A stretch of DNA of 64,000 bases from an uncultured Gemmatimonadales bacterium (GCA_963809895.1 CAWELD010000003.1:512001-576000); one strand, 5' to 3'. Counted from the stretch's first letter, positions 31,867 to 43,031 are shown. Made by a program: numbers and translations. The notes: a model not told the origin generated them from the sequence alone.

Positions 31867-33929
31867 ACGGTGCGCGCCACGCGGTAGAGCCACACGCAGA
31901 AGGCCACGAACGCGGCGATGCCCAGCCAGCCGGCCACGGTCTCGAAGCCCGCGGGCGCCAGCGCCAGCACGTCGGTGCTCTGGGCCGCGGCGAAGGGGAT
32001 GGCCAGCAGGATCCCCACCAGCGCCTCGCCGGTGATGAGCCCCGACGAGAACAGCAGGCCGCGCCGCTCCGAGCGGGTGACGGCATCGGCCATGTCGGCC
32101 TCGGAGCCGCGATAGCGCGCCCGCACCACCCGGCCCGCGCCCCAGGCGATCATGCCGCCGATGAAGATCGGCACGGTGAGCTCCAGGGGAAGGTAGATCC
32201 CCACGGCCACCGCCAGCACGGGTGTGCGGAAGTCGCTCTTGCGCGCTTTGAGCCACTGGTCCAGGGCGATGATCACCACGGCCACCACCACCCCGATCCA
32301 GATCATGGTCCAGGGCAGGTTGCGCTTGAAGACGCCGTCGGCCACGGCGCTCATGAGGGTGGCCTGCGGCGCCTGAAGTGCCTGCGACGGGTCCATCCCC
32401 TCCCGGGGGAACACGTCGCCCAGCCCGTAGGCCTGGAAGAGGAGCTGCAGGACCGGCGCGACCACCAGCGCTCCCGCCACCACGCCCACCATCTGCATGA
32501 TCTGCTGCTTGTAGGGCGTGGCCCCGACGAGCTGACCCGCCTTGAGGTCCTGCATGTTGTCGCCGGCGATGGCCGCGGCGTTGGCCACCACGGCGCCGAC
32601 CAGGATGGCGGTGGCGGCGGCGGCGGTGGCCTGCGCGCCCCCGGCGGCGAAGTCGATCTGCGAGCCCAGCACCGCCAGCAGGATCAGCGAGATGGTCAGG
32701 ATGGTGGCGATGGTGACGCCGGAGATGGGGTTGTTGGACGACCCCACCAGCCCGGCCATGTAGCCCGCCACCGACGAGAACAGGAACCCGGCTACCAGGG
32801 CGAAGGCCACGCCCAGCAGGATGGTCTCCCAGTAGAGCCCGGTGCCGATGCCCAGGTGTCCCTGATCCACCACGTGCAGGAACACCAGGAGGATGGGGAT
32901 CGTCATGAACACGGTGCCCCACGCCACCCAGGTGAAGGGCGTGTCCTGCTCGGTGCGGGGAACGGCGTCGGCGCCGCCCCGTCCGGCCTGACCCATGGCC
33001 GCGAGCGAGGAGCGGATGCCGTCGCGGATGGGTCCCATCAGCGACAGGAGCGCCCAGATGCCGCCGGTGGCCATGGCCCCCACGCCCAGGTAGCGGATGC
33101 GGGCGCTCCACACGGCCTCGGCCAGGTCGAAGCCCGACGCACCGCCGCCGATGGCCTGGAGCGTTTCCGGGGTGGCCGTCGCCGTGAAGATGGGGATGCC
33201 GAAGAGCCACGAGATGAGCCCGCCGGCGAAGACCAGGACGGCGATGTTGAGGCCCACGATGTAGCCGACCCCCAGGAGGGCCACCGACAGGTCGCTGCCG
33301 AACCCGAAGATGGCCCCTCCGGCGGTGACCGCTCCCGTGAAGCGGTCTCCCACCAGCTTGAACCCGGTCTGGGTGAGCTTGAGCAGCGCGCCGGCCATGC
33401 CCGCGAAGGCGATCCCCCGGACCCCTTCGCCCCCCTCCGTGCCGGCCTTGAGCACCTCGCCGGTGGCCACGCCCTCGGGAAAGCGGAGGCCCGCTTCGAG
33501 GATCAGCGCCCGGCGCAGGGGAATGGTGAAGAGCACGCCCAGGACGCCGCCGGCCAGGGCCAGGCCGGCGGTGGAGGAGAACTCGAAGCCTCCCCAGTAC
33601 CCCAGCATGATGAGCGCCGGAAGCGTGAAGATGACCCCGGCCGCCACCGATTCGCCGGCCGAGGCGGCGGTCTGGACGATGTTGTTCTCGAGGATGTTGC
33701 TCTCGCGGAACAGCCGCAGCACCGCCATGGAGATGACCGCCGCGGGAATGGACGCCGACACGGTCATGCCGACCTTGAGGCCGAGATAGGCGTTGGCCCC
33801 GGCCAGGATCGCCGACAGCAGCATGCCCAGGACCACGGCTTTGACCGTGATCTCCGGAAGCGTGCGGGACGCGGGAATGTAGGGCGTGACGGTCCCGGGA
33901 TCGGAACCGCCGGCGCTGGCGTCGGACAT
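31863..33929 (-). CDS. OPT/YSL family oligopeptide transporter
   Basis: ANAYLGLKVG.TVSASIPAAVISM, ENNIVQT.ASAGES, FPEGVA, GSSNNPISG, DNMQDLKAG. Confidence 0.95.
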   Translation of the reverse strand: MSDASAGGSDPGTVTPYIPASRTLPEITVKAVVLGMLLSAILAGANAYLGLKVGMTVSASIPAAVISMAVLRLFRESNILENNIVQTAASAGESVAAGVIFTLPALIMLGYWGGFEFSSTAGLALAGGVLGVLFTIPLRRALILEAGLRFPEGVATGEVLKAGTEGGEGVRGIAFAGMAGALLKLTQTGFKLVGDRFTGAVTAGGAIFGFGSDLSVALLGVGYIVGLNIAVLVFAGGLISWLFGIPIFTATATPETLQAIGGGASGFDLAEAVWSARIRYLGVGAMATGGIWALLSLMGPIRDGIRSSLAAMGQAGRGGADAVPRTEQDTPFTWVAWGTVFMTIPILLVFLHVVDQGHLGIGTGLYWETILLGVAFALVAGFLFSSVAGYMAGLVGSSNNPISGVTIATILTISLILLAVLGSQIDFAAGGAQATAAAATAILVGAVVANAAAIAGDNMQDLKAGQLVGATPYKQQIMQMVGVVAGALVVAPVLQLLFQAYGLGDVFPREGMDPSQALQAPQATLMSAVADGVFKRNLPWTMIWIGVVVAVVIIALDQWLKARKSDFRTPVLAVAVGIYLPLELTVPIFIGGMIAWGAGRVVRARYRGSEADMADAVTRSERRGLLFSSGLITGEALVGILLAIPFAAAQSTDVLALAPAGFETVAGWLGIAAFVAFCVWLYRVARTV

Positions 33930-34100
33930 GCGCTCGTCCAGGTGGGGTGGGGACGTACGGTCGCGCCGAAGGTCGCCGGGCGCCGCGCGCGGTGTCAAGC
34001 GAGGGTAGCGCATCGGGAGGGCGTGGGAGGTCGCGTCGGGTCGAGGGGCGGCGCTATCTTGCGGGGCCCTCCTCCGTGCCCGCTCCGTCCGGACGCCCGA

Positions 34101-36701
34101 ATGCCGTTCCCCCGTCGAGCTATCCCGCTGTCTCGTCTCGCCCTTATGGCGCTCCTGGCCGTGCCCGCGGCGGCCGTAGCCCAGGCTCCGCCCTCGCCGG
34201 CCGACGTGCTGGGCTGGGAGCTGGGAGAGCGCTTCACCGACGTGCCCGACGTGGGCCGCTACATGGAGGCGCTGGCCGACGCCTCGCCGCTGGTGAGCGT
34301 CGAGCGTTACGGGGAGACCTTCGAGGGCCGTCCGCTCGTGCAGGTGCTGGTGGCATCGCCGGAGTACCGCGCCCGGCTGGACGAGATCCTGGCCGCCAAC
34401 CGCGAGCTCACCGATCCCGGGACCTCCCGGGAGCGGGCCGCCGACATCATCCGGGACAATCCCGCCGTGGTGTACCTGTCGTACGGCGTGCACGGCAACG
34501 AGACCTCCTCGTCGGAGGCGGCCATGTGGACCGCCTGGGACCTGGCCCGGGGCGCCGCAGAGGTGGCGGGGGTGCTGGACTCGGTGATCGTGGTCATCGA
34601 TCCCATGCTCAATCCCGACGGCCGCGCGCGCTATGTGCAGTTCTACCGGGGCGCCCGGGGAGCGGAGCCCAATCCCAACCCCGACGCCCGTGAGCACGAC
34701 GAGCCCTGGCCCGGCGGGCGCAGCAACCACTTCTACTTCGATCTGAACCGGGACTGGAGCTGGGTGAGCCAGGCCGAGACCCGGGCGCGCCTGGCGACGT
34801 GGGATCGCTGGAATCCCCAGGTCCACGTGGACTTCCACGAGATGAGCCCGCGCTCCACCTACTTCTTCTTCCCGTCCGCGGAGCCGGTGAACCCCATCTA
34901 TCCCGAGACGACGCTGGCGTGGGGACGGCGGTTCGGCGAGGCCAACGCCCGGGCCTTCGACGCGCGGGGCTGGCTCTATTTCACGGGCGAGAGCTACGAC
35001 CACTTCTACCCGGGCTACGGAGACACCTGGCCTTCACTCACCGGGGCCATCGGCATGACCTACGAGCAGGCGGGCGGCGGGTCGGCGGGGCTGGCCTTCG
35101 AGCGTGCCGACGGCACCGTGCTGACCCTGCGAGATCGGGCGCAGCACCATCGCACCACCGGCGAAGCGACGCTGCGCACCGCCGCCCAGGGCCGTACGCG
35201 CCTGCTGGAGGACTACGCCGCCTTTCACCGGGACATCGGCGCCGACGAGCCCGACGTGCTCCTGGTACCGGCGACCGACCCGGGCCCGGCCCGGGCGCTG
35301 GTGGCGCTCCTGCAGGCGCAGGGCGTCGAGGTGGAGCGGGCCTCGGAGGCCTTCGAGACGCGGGCCCGGCCCCACCGGGGATGGGACGAGCGCCGGGAGT
35401 TTCCGGCCGGGACCTACCGGGTGCGGGCCCGGCAGCCGCGGGGGCGATTGGCCACCACGCTGCTTCAGGCCGAGACCGAGCTCGACGCCACCTTCTCGTA
35501 CGACATCAGCGCCTGGTCGCTCCCCTATGGCTTCGGCGTGGAGGCCCAGTCGGCCGAGAACGTGCCCGATGCCGGCTGGCGCGCCGCGCCCGTGGAGTCG
35601 TCGGTGAGCATGGCCGGCTCCGCCGCGGAGGGTGATGCCGCGGAGGGTGCCGCCAATGCGGCGGCCGCCCCGCCGCCCACCGATGCCGCCGCCCGCGTGG
35701 GCTACCTGGTGCGTCCCGGCTTCGCTGCCTGGCCAGGCATCGTCCGCTTCCTGGGTGACGGCGGTTCGGTCCGCGTTATGGCCGAACCCTTCACCCTGGG
35801 CGGCGAGGCCTATCCCCGGGGCACCTTCTACCTGCCCCGGGATTCGGACGGGGAGTTGGACGAGCGCGTGCGTCGCGCGGGACTGGGCGAGCGGGCGGAA
35901 CCTGCGGCCACCGGCCTCACCGACGACGGACCCGACCTGGGCACCGGAAGCGCCGCCGAGCTGCTCCTGCCCCGGGTCGCGCTCCTGTCCGGTGAAGGCA
36001 CCTCGTCGGGCTCCATGGGCGCAACCTGGTACTTCCTGGAGCGACGCCTGGGGCTGCCCTTCGACGCGCTGGAGGTGAGCCGGGTCGCCGGCACCGACCT
36101 GTCCGACTACGATGTGGTCGTCGTGCCGTCGGCGTCGGGGCTCGGGCGCACCCTGGGCGAGGCCGGACGCTCGGCGCTGGAGGACTGGGTGCGGACGGGC
36201 GGCACGCTGGTGGCGCTGGCGCGCGGCGCCGCCGAGGTGGGCGGCTGGATGGACGTCACCCTGCGGGAGCCCCCGGGCGTGGACGAGGCGCTCCGGCTGG
36301 ACCGGGCCCTCCGCACCCGGCACGAGCGCGAGGTGGAGTCCTGGGAGGAGGCGACGCCGGGAGCGATTCTCCAGGCCACGCTGGATCCGCAGCAGCCGCT
36401 GGCCTTCGGTGCCGCGGCCGGGGGCGTGGACCACGCCATGTTCGTCCTGTCCACGGGCACCAGCTTCGAGCCCGCCGAGAGCTTCGAGAGCGTGGCCTGG
36501 TTCGCCGACGACGTGGACAAGATCAGCGGCGTCGTGGGTGAGGCCACCCTGGACCGCCTGCGCCGGAGCAGTTGGATCGTGCAGCGGCGCTCGGGCCGGG
36601 GCAGGGTGGTGTTGTTCGCCGACGATCCCCTGTACCGCATGATGTGGTACGCCGGCTTCCAGCCCTTCACCAACGCGGTGATGCTGGCGCCGGTGTTCTG
36701 A
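34101..36701 (+). CDS. Secreted M14 zinc carboxypeptidase family protein with C-terminal GATase-like domain
   Basis: Signal peptide, HGNE, NPDGR, DLNRDW, DFHEM, MTYEQ; C-terminal WVRTGGTLV. Confidence 0.9.
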   Translation: MPFPRRAIPLSRLALMALLAVPAAAVAQAPPSPADVLGWELGERFTDVPDVGRYMEALADASPLVSVERYGETFEGRPLVQVLVASPEYRARLDEILAANRELTDPGTSRERAADIIRDNPAVVYLSYGVHGNETSSSEAAMWTAWDLARGAAEVAGVLDSVIVVIDPMLNPDGRARYVQFYRGARGAEPNPNPDAREHDEPWPGGRSNHFYFDLNRDWSWVSQAETRARLATWDRWNPQVHVDFHEMSPRSTYFFFPSAEPVNPIYPETTLAWGRRFGEANARAFDARGWLYFTGESYDHFYPGYGDTWPSLTGAIGMTYEQAGGGSAGLAFERADGTVLTLRDRAQHHRTTGEATLRTAAQGRTRLLEDYAAFHRDIGADEPDVLLVPATDPGPARALVALLQAQGVEVERASEAFETRARPHRGWDERREFPAGTYRVRARQPRGRLATTLLQAETELDATFSYDISAWSLPYGFGVEAQSAENVPDAGWRAAPVESSVSMAGSAAEGDAAEGAANAAAAPPPTDAAARVGYLVRPGFAAWPGIVRFLGDGGSVRVMAEPFTLGGEAYPRGTFYLPRDSDGELDERVRRAGLGERAEPAATGLTDDGPDLGTGSAAELLLPRVALLSGEGTSSGSMGATWYFLERRLGLPFDALEVSRVAGTDLSDYDVVVVPSASGLGRTLGEAGRSALEDWVRTGGTLVALARGAAEVGGWMDVTLREPPGVDEALRLDRALRTRHEREVESWEEATPGAILQATLDPQQPLAFGAAAGGVDHAMFVLSTGTSFEPAESFESVAWFADDVDKISGVVGEATLDRLRRSSWIVQRRSGRGRVVLFADDPLYRMMWYAGFQPFTNAVMLAPVF

Positions 36702-36819
36702 CATGGCCGGGCGCCGCCGCGACGCGTGGCAGGGTGAGGGCGACTGCCACGTCTGGCGCGGATCCTGCATTCAGGGGTGTGGTAAACGAGTGGACCATAG
36801 ATCCTCGCCAGGAGCCACC

Positions 36820-38259
36820 ATGCCTCGCCTACGACATCGCCGGGCGGCCACGCTGCTGCCGCTCCTCCTTCTCGCGGCCGGCTGTGCGGTCAACCCCGCC
36901 ACCGGGGAGCGCCAGCTCAGCCTCATCAGCGAGGATCAGGAGATCCAGATGGGCCGCGACGCCGATCAGCAGATCACGGCCAGCATGGGGCTCTATCCCG
37001 ACGACGACGTGCAGGCGTACGTGTCGAGTCTGGGCAAGAAGCTGGCAGCCGGCTCCGAGCGTCCGAACCTGCCCTGGACCTTCCGCGTCATCGACGATCC
37101 CACGGTGAACGCCTTCGCGCTCCCCGGGGGATTCGTCTACGTCACCCGCGGCATCCTCACGCACCTCACCTCCGAGGCCGAGTTGGCCGGGGTGCTGGGC
37201 CACGAGATCGGACACGTCACCGCGCGGCACTCGGTGAACCAGATGAGCAAGGCCCAGCTCGCGCAGCTCGGCCTGGGCATCGGCATGATCTTCTCCGAGA
37301 CGCTGCGGAACTTCGGCAACGTGGCCGGCGCCGGGCTCCAGCTCCTCTTCCTCAAGTTCAGTCGCGACGACGAGAGCCAGGCGGATCGGCTGGGCGTGCG
37401 CTACATGACCAACCTGGACTACGATCCCAGACAGCTCGCCGGCGTGATGACCATGCTGGCACGCTCGTCGCAGCTGCAGGCCGGGAGCGGCCGCGTGCCC
37501 GAGTGGCTGTCCACGCACCCGGACCCGGCCAACCGCAGCCAGGCCATCATGGCCATGGTGGACCAGTCGGGGATCGACCTGTCCAGCGCGGTGGTGGCGC
37601 GTCCCACGTATCTGCGCCATGTGGACGACATGATCTTCGGCGCCAATCCCCGGGAGGGATACACCGAGGAGGGCGTCTTCCACCATCCGGATCTGGCGTT
37701 CCGGATGGAGGTGCCGTCGGGCTGGTCGGTCATCAACGGCAAGCAGGAGGTCCAGTTCGTATCGCCGAACCAGGACGGGGCCGTCATCCTGAGCCTCAGC
37801 GAGGGCGCGCCTCGTGACGCCCTGGCGACCTTCGCGCAGCAGGACGGCCTCACGGTGGGCACGCCGGAGGCGCGCACGGTCAACGGCTTCGACGCCGTGG
37901 CGGCACCCTTCGAAGCCACCACCGATCAGGGCACCCTCCGCGGGGAGGCGCTCTTCCTGCGCTACGACGGCAACACCTACCGGCTGCTCGGCGTGGCCTC
38001 GTCGAGTGCGTGGTCGTCGTTGGCGTCCGCCGCACGGTCCACCATGAACAGCTTCCGCCGCGAAACCGACTCCCGCGTCCTGGGCGTGCAGCCCGATCGC
38101 GTAGATCTGGTGGACCTGAGCTCGTCGTTGTCCGTGGGCAGCTTCATGGACCGCTACCCGTCTGCGGTGCGGCCGGAGATCATCGCCCTCATCAATCAGG
38201 TCCCGGTGGACGGATCGTTCTCGCCGGGTCTGACGAAGCGGGTGGTCGGGGGGCGCTGA
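36820..38259 (+). CDS. M48 family metalloprotease lipoprotein (BepA/YfgC-like) with C-terminal extension
   Basis: Lipobox AAGC, NAFALPGG, HEIGH, FSRDDESQAD, LSTHP; AGGAG SD. Confidence 0.92.
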   Translation: MPRLRHRRAATLLPLLLLAAGCAVNPATGERQLSLISEDQEIQMGRDADQQITASMGLYPDDDVQAYVSSLGKKLAAGSERPNLPWTFRVIDDPTVNAFALPGGFVYVTRGILTHLTSEAELAGVLGHEIGHVTARHSVNQMSKAQLAQLGLGIGMIFSETLRNFGNVAGAGLQLLFLKFSRDDESQADRLGVRYMTNLDYDPRQLAGVMTMLARSSQLQAGSGRVPEWLSTHPDPANRSQAIMAMVDQSGIDLSSAVVARPTYLRHVDDMIFGANPREGYTEEGVFHHPDLAFRMEVPSGWSVINGKQEVQFVSPNQDGAVILSLSEGAPRDALATFAQQDGLTVGTPEARTVNGFDAVAAPFEATTDQGTLRGEALFLRYDGNTYRLLGVASSSAWSSLASAARSTMNSFRRETDSRVLGVQPDRVDLVDLSSSLSVGSFMDRYPSAVRPEIIALINQVPVDGSFSPGLTKRVVGGR

Positions 38260-38269
38260 GCCGGGGGGA

Positions 38270-40273
38270 TCAGTCTCCGACGAGATCCTCGAGGAGGCCG
38301 TTCTTCGCGAGGTCCTCCAGGGCCCGGACCACGCGGGGATCGAAGGCCGCGCCGGCGTCCTTGCGGATCATGTCCAGGGTGCGGGCCATGGGAATGGCCT
38401 CCTTGTAGGGACGCTGGTGGAGGAGGGAGTCGAAGACGTCGGCCACGGCCACGATACGGCCCGTGACCGGGATGTCGTTTCCGGCCCGACCGGCCGGATA
38501 GCCCTTGCCGTCCCAACGCTCGTGGTGCGAGAGGGCGATCTCGCGGGCCACTTCCAGCACCCGGTGCGGGCTGCCCGCGAGCAGCTCGGCGCCCAGACGC
38601 GTGTGCTCCCGCATGCGGGCGTACTGGGCGTCGGTGAGGGGGCCGGGCTTGCGCAGGATGTCGTCCGGGATGGCAATCTTGCCGACATCGTGCAGGGGCG
38701 CCGCCAGGCGCAGCACGGACACCGTCGCCGGGTCCATCTCCATGCGCACGGCGATGCGTTCGGCCAGGATGCCCACCCGCTCCTGGTGGCGGCCGGTGGC
38801 GTCGTCCCGGTACTCGGCCGCACGGGCCAGGCGTCGGAGAATCTCCACCCGGGCGTCTTCCAGCTCCCGGGTGCGCTCGCGGACCCGTTCCTCCAGCTGG
38901 TCGCGGGCCTCGCGTAGCGCAAGGTGGAGGGCGCGGGTCTCCAGTAGGTTGAGGATGCGGGCTTCCAGCTCGGTGAGGTCCACGGGCTTGTTGAGGAAGT
39001 CCCGCCCACCCATGCGCAGCGCGCGCTCGCGCACCTCGGGCTGACGCTCGCCGGTGAGGACGAGCACGGGCAGGTATCCCTCGGACTCCACCAGCGGCTT
39101 CATCCGCTCCAGCACCTGGAATCCGTCCATCTCGGGCATCATCAGGTCCAGGAGCACCAGGTCCGGCGCGTCGGCGTCCATGGACGCCAGCGCTTGCACC
39201 GGATCCTGGAAGCCCTCGACGTTGGTGAACCCCAGAGCCCGGAGCGCACGGCCGAACGCCCGCAGGTTGGAGCCCTCGTCGTCCACGACCACGATGCGCG
39301 CCCCCAGGAATCGCTGTGCGCCGTTGCTTGCGCCGGGTCCGGGCCCACCCGCCAACGCCAGAACCGGTGTGGACGATCCTCGCACGGCAACGCCCGACTC
39401 GAGCTCGCCCTCGAACGCATGCACGCGCAGCTGATCCGGTCCCTGGCGCTTCGCCTCGCGCAGGGCCTCATCGGCGGCGCTCACCAGGGCATCCGCGCTG
39501 GCCGTGTGCTCGTCGTGCGACGCCACGCCGGCGCTCATCGTGACGGGCTGCCAGCGGAGCGGGGCATCGCGCACGGCCGTCCGCAGGGCGTCGGCGCGGG
39601 CGACGGCCCGGGCCTCGGTCACGGCGGGCAGGATCACCAGGAACTCGCCGCCCCCCCAGCGGCCCACGAGCTCACCGTCGCGGAGCGTGCGGCGGATGAT
39701 CCCGCCGACCTCGCGCAGCACCTCATCACCGGCCTCATGGCCGTGCTCCTCGTTGAGCCAGCGGAGGCCGTCCAGGTCGAAGAGGACGAGCGACAGGGGC
39801 GTGCCCGCCCGGGCGCCCGCAACCGAGGCGTTCAGCGTGATCTGGGTATGGCGCCGATTGGGGAGGCCCGTTACCGGATCGGTGAGGGCCAGGCGGTGAC
39901 TCGCGGCCCGCTGGCGGTCCTGGAGGCTCGCGAACCAGCCGGCGCCGACGCTCAGCGCGACGTACGCCGCCAGCGCGGGAACGACCACGCGCCAGTCCGG
40001 CATGCCACCCCCCCGCAGGTTCACCAGGACCTGCCCGATCGCCAGCACCGCCATTCCCGCCGCCATCGCCGTGGAGGTGCCCCGCCATCCGCCGTAGTGG
40101 CTCAGGACGAAGGCCGGCAACAAGGTCGTCATCCAGAGGAGTAGACCCAGCTCGCGGGCCGAGCCCGGTGCCGCCGCCAGCCATGCCACCAGCGGGAGCG
40201 CCAGCGACACGCAGATCAGCACCAACGCCGGACCCGGGAGGTGCCTTCGTGGAGGATCGGGAGGTGACGTCAT
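38270..40273 (-). CDS. Membrane-bound c-di-GMP protein: degenerate GGDEF + receiver + HD-GYP
   Basis: About 4 TM; TDPVTGLPNRR, GGGEF; VVDDE..LLDLMMPEMDG..KP; HDVGK, HHERWDGKGYP. Confidence 0.92.
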   Translation of the reverse strand: MTSPPDPPRRHLPGPALVLICVSLALPLVAWLAAAPGSARELGLLLWMTTLLPAFVLSHYGGWRGTSTAMAAGMAVLAIGQVLVNLRGGGMPDWRVVVPALAAYVALSVGAGWFASLQDRQRAASHRLALTDPVTGLPNRRHTQITLNASVAGARAGTPLSLVLFDLDGLRWLNEEHGHEAGDEVLREVGGIIRRTLRDGELVGRWGGGEFLVILPAVTEARAVARADALRTAVRDAPLRWQPVTMSAGVASHDEHTASADALVSAADEALREAKRQGPDQLRVHAFEGELESGVAVRGSSTPVLALAGGPGPGASNGAQRFLGARIVVVDDEGSNLRAFGRALRALGFTNVEGFQDPVQALASMDADAPDLVLLDLMMPEMDGFQVLERMKPLVESEGYLPVLVLTGERQPEVRERALRMGGRDFLNKPVDLTELEARILNLLETRALHLALREARDQLEERVRERTRELEDARVEILRRLARAAEYRDDATGRHQERVGILAERIAVRMEMDPATVSVLRLAAPLHDVGKIAIPDDILRKPGPLTDAQYARMREHTRLGAELLAGSPHRVLEVAREIALSHHERWDGKGYPAGRAGNDIPVTGRIVAVADVFDSLLHQRPYKEAIPMARTLDMIRKDAGAAFDPRVVRALEDLAKNGLLEDLVGD

Positions 40274-40333
40274 TCGGCTACCATCGAGGGAATACCCACC
40301 TTTCACAACCCCCGGGACGATACTGCCCGCCCC

Positions 40334-40349
40334 TGGCACCCAACTTGTA
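40334..40349 (+). promoter_or_regulatory. Putative sigma54 (-24/-12) promoter for clpB
   Basis: TGGCAC-CCAAC-TTGTA versus consensus TGGCAC-N5-TTGC. Confidence 0.4.
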
Positions 40350-40409
40350 CCATTCAATGTGTAGCACCCGCCCCGACTGTCAGAAAGGCAGAAGCCGGAG
40401 ACTGATTAC

Positions 40410-43031
40410 ATGATAAGCTATGAGCGCCTGACCGTGAAAGCCGCGGAAGCCCTCCAGGCTGCATCGCACGATGCGCGCCGCCGGGGCAATCCCGAGATCC
40501 ACGGTGTCCACCTCCTCCTGGCTCTACTCGATCAGGAAGAGGGTATCGTCACACCCGTCCTCCAGAAGCTGGGCGTGGGCGTGCCGCGCATCCGCCAACT
40601 CACCGAAGAAGCCGTGGAGCGCATGGCCCGCGTCGAGGGCGGGGCCGAGCCTCGCCTCTCCCGTGATCTCACGCGGGCGCTGGACAAGGCCGAGAGCGAG
40701 GCGCGGAGCCTCCAGGACGAGTACGTGTCCACGGAGCACCTTCTCCTGGGCCTGACCGAGGAGAAGAACGACGCCGGGCGCATCCTGAAGGATGCCGGTG
40801 CCACGCCGGCGGCGGTGCGCGAAGCCCTGGAGGCGGTGCGTGGCTCGCACCGGGTGACCGATCAGAGTCCCGAGGACAAGTATCAGGCGCTGGCCCGCTA
40901 CAGCCGCGACCTCACCGACCTTGCGCGCCGCGGCAAACTCGATCCGGTCATCGGGCGTGACGAGGAGATCCGTCGGGTCATCAAGGTCCTGGCTCGCCGC
41001 ACCAAGAACAACCCGGTGCTCATCGGTGAGCCCGGGGTGGGGAAGACCGCCATCGTGGAGGGCCTCGCTCAGCGGATGGTCGCCGGCGACGTACCGACCT
41101 CACTGGCGGACAAGAAGCTGGTGGCCCTGGACATCGGATCCATGCTGGCCGGTGCCAAGTACCGGGGCGAGTTCGAGGAGCGCATGAAGGCGGTGCTGAA
41201 GGAGATCACCGACGCCGATGGCCGCTACGTGGTGTTCATCGACGAGATGCACACCATCGTCGGCGCTGGTGCCGCCGAGGGTGCCGTGGACGCCGGCAAC
41301 ATGCTCAAGCCGCCGCTGGCCCGCGGAGAGCTGCGCCTCGTCGGCGCCACCACGCTGGACGAATACCGCAAGCACATCGAGAAGGACGCCGCGCTGGAGC
41401 GCCGCTTCCAGCCGGTCTTCGTCGCACCACCGTCCGTGGAGGACGCGGTGGCGATCCTGAGGGGGCTCAAGGAGCGCTACGAGGTCCATCACGGGGTCCG
41501 CATCACCGATGACGCGATCATCGCGGCGGTGAAGCTCAGCGACCGCTACATCGGCGGTCGTTTCCTGCCGGACAAGGCCATCGACCTCATGGACGAGGCT
41601 GCGAGCCGGCTCCGCATCGAGATCGATTCCATGCCCCAGGAGATCGACGAGGTGGAGCGGCGCATCACGCAGCTCGAGATCGAGAAGCAGGCGCTGGTGC
41701 GCGAGGAGGATCGCTCGGCGAAGGAGCGTCGCGGCGCCATCGAAGAGGAGCTCAGCGAGCTCCGGGAGAAGAGCAGCGGGATGAAGGCCCGCTGGCAGAG
41801 CGAGAAGGAGGCCATTCAGCGGCTTCAGGGCCTCAAGGAGCGTGTGGACGAGCTCAAGGTCGAGGCGGAGCGTGCCACCCGCACGGGTGACCTGGAGCGC
41901 GCGGCCGAGATCCAGTACTCGGAGATTCCGGGCACGCAGAAGGCCATCGAGGTGGCCGAGGATCGCCTCGGCGAGCTTCAGGCCTCGGGCAAGTTCCTCA
42001 AGGAGGAGGTGGACGCCGACGATATCGCCCAGGTGGTGGGCGAGTGGACCGGGATTCCCGTGAGCCGGCTGCTGGAGTCCGAGCGGCAGCGCCTGACCCA
42101 TCTGGAGGAGTTGCTGTCGCAGCGGGTGGTGGGGCAGCAGGAGGCCGTGGAGGCGGTGGCCAAGGCCGTACGGCGCGCACGTTCGGGTCTGCAGGACCCG
42201 GACCGGCCGGTGGGCTCGTTCATCTTCCTGGGGCCCACCGGGGTCGGGAAGACCGAGACCGCCCGCGCGCTGGCCGAGTTCCTCTTCGACGACGAGCGCG
42301 CCATGGTCCGCATCGACATGTCCGAGTACATGGAGAGACACGCGGTGGCGCGCCTCATCGGGGCGCCTCCCGGATACGTGGGCTTCGAGGAGGGCGGACA
42401 GCTCACCGAAGCCGTGCGTCGCCGGCCCCACGCGGTCATCCTCTTCGACGAGATCGAGAAGGCGCACCCCGAGGTGTTCAACGTCTTCCTGCAGATCCTC
42501 GACGATGGACGCCTCACGGACAGCCAGGGGCGCACCGTCGACTTCCGGCACACCGTGGTCATCATGACCTCCAACATCGGCAGCCAGCTCATCCTGGAGC
42601 GCGCCCAGGCCGGCGATTGGGAGAACCTGGAGGAGACGGTGCGCAAGGAGATGCACCACCATTTCCGGCCGGAGTTCCTGAACCGGGTCGACGACATCAT
42701 CGTCTTCCATCCCCTGGGGATGGAGGAGTTGGTGCGCATCGTGGATCTGCAGCTCGCGCGTGTGGAACGACTGGCGCGGGAGCTGGGGGTGAGCCTCCAG
42801 GTCACGCCCGCGGCGAAGCGCCGTCTGGCCGACGAGGGGTTCGATCCGGCGTTCGGCGCGCGGCCGCTCAAGCGTGTGATCCAGCGCCGGGTGCAGGACC
42901 CGTTGGCGATGCGCCTGCTGGAGGAAGAGGTGCCCGAGGGCACGGTGGCGCGGGTGGACGTGGACCCGGAGGGAGACGAGCTGAGTATCACCCTGGAACC
43001 GGCGCCGGAGCCTGCCGGCACACCCGCTTGA
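40410..43031 (+). CDS. clpB: ATP-dependent chaperone ClpB
   Basis: [23 protein letters not shown], long coiled-coil M domain, [23 protein letters not shown]. Confidence 0.97.
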   Translation: MISYERLTVKAAEALQAASHDARRRGNPEIHGVHLLLALLDQEEGIVTPVLQKLGVGVPRIRQLTEEAVERMARVEGGAEPRLSRDLTRALDKAESEARSLQDEYVSTEHLLLGLTEEKNDAGRILKDAGATPAAVREALEAVRGSHRVTDQSPEDKYQALARYSRDLTDLARRGKLDPVIGRDEEIRRVIKVLARRTKNNPVLIGEPGVGKTAIVEGLAQRMVAGDVPTSLADKKLVALDIGSMLAGAKYRGEFEERMKAVLKEITDADGRYVVFIDEMHTIVGAGAAEGAVDAGNMLKPPLARGELRLVGATTLDEYRKHIEKDAALERRFQPVFVAPPSVEDAVAILRGLKERYEVHHGVRITDDAIIAAVKLSDRYIGGRFLPDKAIDLMDEAASRLRIEIDSMPQEIDEVERRITQLEIEKQALVREEDRSAKERRGAIEEELSELREKSSGMKARWQSEKEAIQRLQGLKERVDELKVEAERATRTGDLERAAEIQYSEIPGTQKAIEVAEDRLGELQASGKFLKEEVDADDIAQVVGEWTGIPVSRLLESERQRLTHLEELLSQRVVGQQEAVEAVAKAVRRARSGLQDPDRPVGSFIFLGPTGVGKTETARALAEFLFDDERAMVRIDMSEYMERHAVARLIGAPPGYVGFEEGGQLTEAVRRRPHAVILFDEIEKAHPEVFNVFLQILDDGRLTDSQGRTVDFRHTVVIMTSNIGSQLILERAQAGDWENLEETVRKEMHHHFRPEFLNRVDDIIVFHPLGMEELVRIVDLQLARVERLARELGVSLQVTPAAKRRLADEGFDPAFGARPLKRVIQRRVQDPLAMRLLEEEVPEGTVARVDVDPEGDELSITLEPAPEPAGTPA

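Noticed and set aside
31776..36701. 1641-aa plus-strand ORF
   Set aside because: The first 775 codons are mostly the antisense shadow of the OPT gene; the real M14 gene starts at 34101 with a signal peptide
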